64,000 nt of DNA from Paramecium tetraurelia (taxonomy: Eukaryota). The stretch spans positions 1 to 64,000 of the forward strand of contig CT868044.1 in the NCBI GenBank assembly GCA_000165425.1, written 5' to 3'. The position numbers and the translations under genes were made by a program. The notes beneath the pieces are model-generated. The model was not told the origin of the DNA. It ran no database searches and worked only from the letters and a program-made list of their open reading frames with translations. This document shows, in pieces, positions 55,332 through 64,000 of this stretch. Each line of letters begins with the position of its first letter. The first letter of the stretch is position 1.

Positions 55332-58300
55332 ATGAGTTCTGATTTCTTTCTTGAGTATGAATATAGTTACAATCAGGAGCACAATCATGGTAGCAGAATA
55401 ATCAGTAATTTAGAGGATTCAAATAATAAATAATTTAGGGGTCCATCTCGATTTACTTGCAAAATAGATCCCCTAGACGAGGGTGATCATACAGTGAAAC
55501 CACCAACAGTCGGAAGTTAACTTATTGATAACGCTATCCCATAATAAACAGATGTTAATAAGGTTCCGAGAATACTGTAGTTATCACCACCTGACTCAGT
55601 AATTGAAGAAAACCCTTTGTTTTCCACATAGAAGCCCGAATTGTAGAAGGACACCAAGGATTTTAAGGATCTCAGTCAAACTAATTCGACATAAAAAGAC
55701 ATAATGAAAAATTTTTTAAAAGCTGTGATTGCAAAAAGTTATACAAACCGATTTATTGAAAACATGTTGCAAAAGTCATATATTAAGAAGCCATCACATT
55801 TTTCTCAATTTCAAAACACCCTAATGGATGATCTTCGGTACATTTATTAGCACAACAGATCTACAAAACACTGGCTAAGTAAGATCTGCAAACGTTTAAG
55901 ATTCTTTCCAATTCTGGATTAAAGCAGTTATTTAGTAATAGGATGGCAAATCATTCACATTTTGACAATAATAACAGTGTTTTTTTGGACTCCATTCAAC
56001 ATTTCTTTTGGAATCACATATCAACAAGTAGTTTTTGGTGGAGTTACAGTCAAGGATGTAGAGGACTATTTTCTAATCACAATAATGATAGATGCTTTAA
56101 TAGTGATAAATACTTCATATATAGAGAAGGGAGTGATTATAAAATCAAGACGGAAAATATTTATGAACTATTTGGAAGGACAAGCAGTTTATGATTTGGT
56201 ATGGATACTAAATATAATGATTTAGTTTTCTTTTGGTGCCCTTTTGATCGCAATAGAATTCGAGATAGACACGTCAAGTGAGAAATTGGGTTGGCAATTG
56301 TGTCCCTATTGTATATACTATTGTTGTCGATTATTCAAATTGCAAGGACGAGTGCATAAATTGGAAGAGTAAATTACACCTTAATGATTTTAGGTTTTTC
56401 AATTTCACCAATTCATACTAAGATTTTATAGAATTAACTAAACTGCTTTTTATGGTCTTGTATGTAGGCCATTTATTTGCTTGTTTATGGCATGGCGTTG
56501 CATTTTATCAATAGGGTTATCGCTAAACTTGGATAGATGAATATGTCAAAGAGCCTGATATGTTTTCTGTGTACAATTATGCATTCTATTGGGCAGTATA
56601 AACCATGATCACTGTGGGATATGGCGATTTGACTCCTTAAAACAATGCAGAAAGAATCTGTGCGAATCTTAGCATGTTTTTAGCCTGCGGAGTCTTTGCC
56701 TTCTCCTTCAATTCCATTGGGTTGATGTTGAGCAATCTAAATTCCAGATAAGTGTTATACAAAAAAAGCATTAACTTATTGAATTAGTATTTGGTTAAGA
56801 ATCAAATTAAAATTGAATTGCAATCACGTATTAGGAACTACTACGATTATATATTTCAAGAGGAACAGGAAATCAATGATGAAGAGGTTTCGCAGATTAC
56901 CACAAAATTGTCAAGTAGTCTTTAGGAAGAACTCAATTTCGAAATACGTTACAATGTGATGAAAACTAATAAAGTCTTGACCAAGTTCTCTTAGAAGGTC
57001 TTGAAATAGTTGTCTCTTCAAATCGAAGAGGTTAGGTTTTCACCTGAAGATTAAATATTACAATAAGGTATGTGTGATGATGCTGCATTATATATAATAA
57101 CCAAAGGCACAGTATGTATATAATTTTAAGATGATAACTAAGGAAGCAACACAAGAGCTCTATCATATCTCGCAAAGGGATAATCCTTTGGTGAGTATTC
57201 ATTTTTCACAGGTATGAATAGAACTGCATCAGCTAAAAGCATAGGATTTTCAAGAGCCTACAAAATATCCAGACAATAATTACTGGTTGTATTGGCATAA
57301 ACTCCCCTTGATTTGGTAAATAGTATATATTAACTAACAGGAAAGATTTTGTGAAGTAAGAGATAGCATTCTACTCTCCAGTAATTACTAGCCTTCCAAA
57401 TTAAGTTGTTATTCTTGTTAAAAGTTCACACATCTCATAAAAGACTGTCCAGTCTTGCATTATGTTGCAGATCAAGAAAGAGTCCTCAAAAAAGAATACT
57501 TCCCTATTTTGCAAGAGAGGAATCAAAATTACCAGAGGAAATTAGAACGCAAAAAGTTTGAAACTCTCAAAGAATGCAAAAAAACTATGGTGTTAATCAG
57601 GGATTTCCAAACCAAATAAGTCTTAGACAATGTAACAGTCATGGAAGATGAGTTAGATGTGTCTTATGATGATAATGAATAAGATATCTCTCCTTAAGAA
57701 TATTGTACTTTACCTTAACATTTTTAGCCTCTCTTACTAAAAGCTTGTCCAAAATCTCTAGATAGCAATCCCAAAATAGAAGTTACTCATAAGACAATCA
57801 TCTATAACCTATTTAAGAAAGCGATAGTTCTAAAGATAGTGTCAGTCCCAATAAGCCAAGAGTTAAGTAAGTTAAATAAACCATTTAAACTGCTGGATTT
57901 GGCGTCAGCGAATCTCTTCACAATAGACTTGTATCCATCTAAGAGGAGTAGATTTCGGAAACTTAATCCAATCTTTAAAAATTAGAGGATTATAAATTTT
58001 CAATGAAGAATGATTCCCTTGGATTGCCAAATCCAGCTGAAACGGCTAGAACTCCTGGTAAAAAAATTACTCTAGTCCGCAAGCAGAAAAAGGAGGATTC
58101 ATACAAACCTTTCTCTTCTCAAACTCAGGTTGAAGTGAGGGATAGAGGATAATCGGTTTAGAATCAGAATCCTGTTAGAAAACCTAAATTAAAAGAAATT
58201 AGGGAAATGTCATAAGAAATTCCCTTATATCCTTCCACCTAGTCTGTCGATAAAAGAGAATAATTAAGAAGAAGAACCACAAAAACTAATAGAAGTAAAA

Positions 58301-58836
58301 CTGCCAAGACACTTAAAACTAAAGTCTAAGATAACCATACTCATACGTAGTAAAATTAAGAATTGTCTATTCCCCTCTACGATGAGTAATATGTATCTAT
58401 GGAATTAGAAGAGTTTGAAGCATTAAAGAACTTCTAATACTATTTTAGTTGGAATAATCCTAAAGTTGTCGTAGCCAGGGCTATAAGGACTTTAAAATTA
58501 AATATGGATAAGAGGAAAAATTTCGGAAACAATTTTTCATTATATACATTCAATAATTTGGCTATGAATAAAGCTTTAAGAATAAAAAGAAGACTGAAGC
58601 TTATGTAATAATATATTCACATTCATTTTAGAGATGAGCCACTATTGTAGACTACCGATATAAAAAAAGGACATTCTTCAAAATCTCCCAGGCAATCAAG
58701 AATTTCCAGTAAACGGAATACAGCAACCTAAGATATTATAGGTTTTCATCCCAAAAAACCTATTTTTGGAACATAAATTTAAGTGCAAGGACATTCATTT
58801 CATAAAATTCAATAAAATGAGTTTCTGCTTTAATGA
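55332..58836 (+). CDS. Cyclic-nucleotide-binding-domain potassium channel (KCNH/EAG-like)
   Basis: HLFACLW, pore YWAVQTMITVGYGDLTP, C-linker LQSRIRNYYDY, CNBD FGEYSFFTGMNRTASAKS, then a CCHC knuckle and a long low-complexity tail. Several tiny introns. Confidence 0.95.
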
Positions 58837-59052
58837 TAGATACTATTTCTACAATAACATATATAATTCCAAGTAATTTAGTTTAAGCAGAATTTCTATA
58901 ATTTTCTACTAAAAATCTTTAATCAAACTTAATATTGTTATTAAATTTACAATTATTTAATTATCATTTGTTAATTAAATATTATTATAAATAATAAATT
59001 TTATACTTTATTTTGTTGCTTCTAATAATTATTCATAATTTTATTTTCCTTA

Positions 59053-59649
59053 ATGAGATGTGAATTCATTTAGGCATAATCGTAACAAATCTACTAGAAA
59101 ATTTCACCTTTACTCAAGCCTACTTCAGATGTTTATAATTATACTAAGGCTTTAATTTATTTAGGAACCAATAAAATTGAAGATGATTGGTCCGCTGCCA
59201 AATTGAATTTTGATTAAGCAATCAATAGAATTCTTCAAGGAAACACCGATAAGAAAAATTATCTCTTTTGTGAAAAAATGTTATTAAAGTCTTTCAATAA
59301 ACAAACTTAAATAGGTAAAGATTTGTATTCATTGCTTACAAATTGTCTGAATTTTTGCAAAAAAGAAAATAGAATCAAAAGGAGCAAAAGTGGTTAAACA
59401 ACTTCAAAAGTATATGATCATAATTTAATTAATAATTAAACTAAAATTGGGGTACTTGTTAAGTCATTCAAAGAGGAATATTAAAAGATGATAGAGACAA
59501 GGCCTTCTCTTAAATCTAAGATGGCAGAGGAAAGAGTAAATAGACATATTGAATAAATAAAAGAAAAAATAAAAAGAACCAATAAAACAAGCTACTTTAT
59601 TTCTCCTAAAAAAGAACAATAAGAAAAAGCTTAAAGTTTGAATAAATGA
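59053..59649 (+). CDS. Hypothetical protein (198 aa)
   Basis: Intact table-6 ORF MRCEFIQAQSQQIY...EKAQSLNK*. Confidence 0.75.
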
Positions 59650-59665
59650 ATAATTTTGTTGATAT

Positions 59666-60343
59666 TCATATCATTTTTAACGCACTCAAATAATTAACTT
59701 TATTCTAATCTAAACTGTAGATTGACTTTTCAAAGCATATTCCTCCATCGTGTCTTGTTTCAACTATCATTTAACCATCAATATCTTTTGAGAATCCAGA
59801 TTGATTAGGCAATAGATTGGTCACACTTATTGAATGCTTAATGATAAAATTGATTAGAGACACGCTTTCTTAACTTAAGGGTTATTTAGAACCAAAAATA
59901 TGCAATTAATCACATTTTGTTAATAATTCTTCTATAATTTTTAAAGGTTTTAGTTTTCTTTCGTTACACATTATTTCAAAGAAGGACAGATTCTCCAAAA
60001 TGACAACTTTCTACTTAACTTAGCTCAATAAATAATTCGACAGATCCTTTTAATAGGGTTATGGGTCTGACCATAATTTAGGAGCTGTCTCAGTTAGTGG
60101 TAATTCTTCTTCTTGCCACAAAGTGTTTTATGTGAATAGATCTATGATTCTGTATAAAAATTAATCTTACTGTAGTTTTTATTGCTTAATTAAATCATCC
60201 ATCTTTATTCCTTATTTCAATAGGCAAGACTAAAAATGGGAAGGACATTCGCTAGTTAAAATAAGAGTGGTATTTTATTTTAAAGCTACTTCAAGCACCA
60301 GATGATGGTAATTCATATTGTTGGGAGAACTATAGTAAAACAT
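59666..60343 (-). CDS. ELP6: Elongator subunit ELP6-like protein
   Basis: CPSHFQSCLLKQGIKMDDLIKQQKLQIIDLF (cf. SHY..KLG.sL....gqlvF), VVILENLS, and LLPNQSGFSKDIDGQMIV (cf. GLATGFCRDVHGQL), ending YSLDQNKVNY. One 21-nt intron. Confidence 0.7.
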
Positions 60344-60555
60344 TCTTCAAATATTATTTTTAATGTAAATTAAATATATAAAAAGCTTATGTTATGAACA
60401 ATTATCAAATTTGATAATATTTGTTTACATTTTATAAATTCTCTCTATTCATTCAATAAAAATTAAAATTATACAGAGAATGATAGGTAGAGATTTCATT
60501 AAAAAAAATAATTCTTTCATTAAAATCAAAAATTAATTTATGAAACTATAAACAT

Positions 60556-63302
60556 TCAATTTATTCTTATCTAAGAAAATGTTCTGATTTACCTATCAAT
60601 TGTATCTAACTAAATTTATTATAATTTATTACTATGACTATATCAACCAAAGCCTCAATGATCACAAATTTGGATTGCTTGATTTAAGTAGTTTTCAAAT
60701 ATAAAATTTATTATTCTTAACTCATCACTCTATTTTTTCTAAAGGTGTTGGACACGTAATCTTAGAGTTTCTTCTCGAGAATTAGTAAGAATGTCTCAAA
60801 CTCCTTTTGGTTGTTCTCTAATTTTGTATATTCCACCAGTAATGCATTTTTTGATTTATTTATCTTATCATACTCTAATTTCAAGGATGCTATCTTTTAT
60901 TCCAATTACCTTTGACTTTAGCTTTTTTCATTTTATTCTATTTACTTTTGCACTTCACTTGTTCTATGAGTTTTTTGTAAATCCTATAATTCATTTTGCA
61001 AATCTGATATAGTTTAATCTCTAATTTGTAGTTTTTAGATATACAATTATTATTCTGACTTCAATTATGATATTTCTTATCTCAATTTCTATTCATTTCT
61101 GTAAAGTTAATTAGTTTTGTTGTTCAATTCATTAATTATATTTTCACAATTATCTAATTTAAATGATTTTTAGATGTTTAAGAATATTTCTTATTTCTAA
61201 TCGAGCTATTCTTATAACTCAAGGATGGTGTTTCTATATAATTGATTTTCCTACCTCAAATTATCCTCAAATAGTTCAAAAGATTTAATTGACATCTCCA
61301 AATTATCTATAACACTTAGGTTATACTAATTCTCAGTTTACAAAGATTTCAATTCTTATTCTAAATGTTATTACTATGTTTTTAGATTAGAATATTGCTA
61401 TGTCAATTAATCATATTCTCTTTTAAAATCATTATTTGATTTGATGTTCATATTCTCAGCCTCTAATTTCTAGACCCATTCCATTAATCTATTAATTTCG
61501 AGCTGTTATTATTCAATTTAAGCATTCAATAGATTTGTTTCCGCTTAGAATTATTAATTATTTTAGTAGATTTCGACATGAATTTATTCAAGTTGCAATC
61601 TCAATTAAGAATTATACTCTATCTGTTTTTATAAATCTTAATCTAGTTTTTATATATTTTGATTCTTCTCCTCATAAATAGAAGATTGATGCTATTCATT
61701 TTGAAATAATTGAATCTACATTTGTTCAATTTTATCAATATATTGTTGAACTTCTTCCTTTAATTTATCATGTTGATGTTATAGTGATAATTTAGAGACC
61801 TCCATTTAATCTAAATCCTCTTTGATTTAATCATAGAGATAGTCCTTCATTTTGATCTGATCCTCAAAACCCTTTTAAGTAGAAGCAAGAATAGTCTTAT
61901 GAGCCTATTATTGGTCAACTATGTTTTGCTCCAATTCCTTCTTCTTTTTTTGTAATTTATAAATGACATCTTCTTATTATAACAATTGTATCTTCAGTTT
62001 ATTCTAATATTCAATGTTTTCATTCAAAGTCTGATAATTAGTAGTTTCCTCTTCTTTAAATGATAAATTAATTGACTTTAAAATCTAAACAATATAACTC
62101 TTCTTTTCAGCATACTCTTACAATAGTCCCTCAACAGTTTCAAATTCCATCTGCATAGCACTTTGGTGAATCTATTAAAGTAATTTCTAAATTTCATCGA
62201 ATTACATATGTAATTAAGATTACAAAGCATCACTAGGCTACACGTTTTCTAGTTCTCTAGTTTTCTTAACCAATTCTTCCTTCAGTTATTGTATTTGAAG
62301 ATTCAACTTAGTAATCTCTTCTCCTGAATATTCTTTATTGACATGAGCCTTAACTTTTATTTGCTTAACTCTCTCTGCAAATTTCAAAGTTGAAATGCTT
62401 TCCTCTTCGTGCAATGGATTAACCGCAGCCACCATGAATGTCTTAGAATTGCCTCCGAGTGAATCTTTCAAAAGAGTAGTTAGTTTAGAATCTCTAAATG
62501 GGATATGAATTTTATTATTTCCTTTTTCTCTCTCTACGATTGCATAAATGACCAATCCAAGCTGAGTCAAACTTTTATTTATAGCTTGAGTTTCCTTCAA
62601 TCTTTGTCCTTCTGTTTATGCCGTTTTCTAACGCTCAGATCCAGCCAAATCAACAAAGTACATTTTCGAATATAAATGAACTTCACATTTTTCTTATTAA
62701 ATCGAAGTAGAATATTGAATTAAAAAGACTGCATGACTTCTTGAACTTTCACTATTCATCTTAGTAGCCGCGATGTGTCTATTAGAATTGCCCTTTCTTA
62801 GCAAGGCTATAGCTTCATCGTAATTTGAAATGACAGCAGCATTCAAGTTTTCGACATAAATCCCTTTCTTGGGATCCTCTCTTATTTGTAAAGAAGTTGA
62901 AGACGATGAAAGCAGATCAAATATCTACTCGTTGTAGATCTCTAGATAAGAACCTTTGATGATGACACTGTGATCCTCAATAGAACAAGCAAAAATGTAT
63001 TGTAGACATTGTGGAAGCAATCCATCATTATTACCAATTAAGGTGTGAGTTTTGCCACTTCCAGTCTAACCATAAGCAAAGACACACCCATTATAGCCTT
63101 ATAAAGCATTGTTAATCAGTGGTTGTCCTATCAATGTGAATACATCCTATTATGAAGCCCTTGGAGGAATCACATGATCGTAACGATATTGCTTGTTCGA
63201 TATTGATAATGCGGTTGAATCGCACTCGTCAACCTAAATACAACCTGATTCAGGCTTTACTCTTACTATAACTTAGATGTTATTTTGACGATATTCTAAC
63301 AT
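60556..63302 (-). CDS. N-terminal-motor kinesin with a long coiled coil (possibly kinesin-12/KIF15-like), ~907 aa
   Basis: FAYGQTGSGKT, YLEIYNEQIFDLL, NSESSRSH, VDLAGSE, HIPFRDSKLT. A 23-nt intron lies near the 3' end. Confidence 0.95.
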
Positions 63303-63544
63303 GTATATTTTATAATTCGAATTAAAATCAATTATAATGCTAAATAATTAGATTAATTTCACTTCTAATAATCACCTTCTTATTTTTCAACTTCAGTTCT
63401 CATTTATTTACAATGTTCCAATCCATTCATTCAGAATTCTCATCGAATCATATCAATGGAGCCACGGTATTGATCAGGTTTCTGTGAATTTATTTATTGA
63501 AAATCACCTACGAATTATTATTATTTATTAATTATTTAAAATAG

Positions 63545-63806
63545 ATGCAAATATTCATTAAAACTTTGGCAGGCAAGAAGGTCTCATACAACATAGAATC
63601 TGATAATACTATTCAATAACTTAAAATGCAATTATAAGAGAAAGAAGGAATTAGCTCAGAATAATTTAAGGTATTTCTCCATACATTAAATAATTTAGCT
63701 GATATTTAAGGGAAGACATTTGTAAGAAGAATGTAAAATTTCTGATGCTTAAATGTAAGCTGGAGACACCGTCCATATGGTCATTTAATTGAGAGGAGGT
63801 TTTTGA
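63545..63806 (+). CDS. NEDD8: NEDD8/Rub1-like ubiquitin-family modifier (77 aa)
   Basis: MQIFIKTLAGKKVSYNIESDNTIQQLKMQLQEKEGISSEQFK|LIFKGRHLQEECKISDAQMQAGDTVHMVIQLRGGF*. One 28-nt intron. Residue 72 is not Arg, unlike ubiquitin. Confidence 0.8.
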
Positions 63807-64000
63807 TATATAAGAAATATCATTTAAAAATATCTGTATATTTATATTTTTATTTCCTTGAATCCTTTTTTTAAAAGATTTAATAATAAATCATCAAGTA
63901 AACTTTGAAAACTCCTCCAACAATATCAATATAAATGGTTATTTTAAAGCTCTAATGGTATTCAAGCCCTCTTACTGAATACTATGAAAAGGATTAAAAT

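Noticed and set aside
63888..64000. Possible 3' end of a minus-strand gene at the window edge
   Set aside because: Too short to support a call.

Overview
This is AT-rich eukaryotic DNA from a ciliate macronuclear-type assembly, most likely Paramecium. TAA/TAG encode Gln, TGA is the only stop, introns are tiny GT..AG elements (mostly 21-29 nt), intergenic spacers are often under 60 nt, and the histone H3 is Paramecium-type. The supplied ORF track uses the standard code, so it only shows fragments; I re-read the genes by eye with table 6. The first ~7 kb is a gapped zone of decayed coding sequence, including a WD40 pseudogene. Two large Cys-rich multi-pass surface-protein genes follow; the larger carries an in-frame TGA before its last TM helix. 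The rest is gene-dense: a twin-CX9C microprotein, histone H3, a four-RING-module protein, a divergent ATG2-like protein head-to-head with alpha-tubulin acetyltransferase, an EFHC1/RIB72 pseudogene, PARN, a MORN protein, TANGO2, CFAP57, eIF3L, a TBC RabGAP, PP1 inhibitor-3, an m-AAA protease, DGAT2, a CNBD K+ channel, an ELP6-like protein, a kinesin, NEDD8 and several hypothetical genes. I found no rRNA, tRNA, CRISPR or convincing transposon, and no clearly new multi-gene system. The best leads are the ATG2-like, ELP6-like and twin-CX9C genes, the internal TGA, and the Cys-tailed inhibitor-3. All homology calls rest on recognised motifs, not database searches, and gene ends may shift if I missed an intron.
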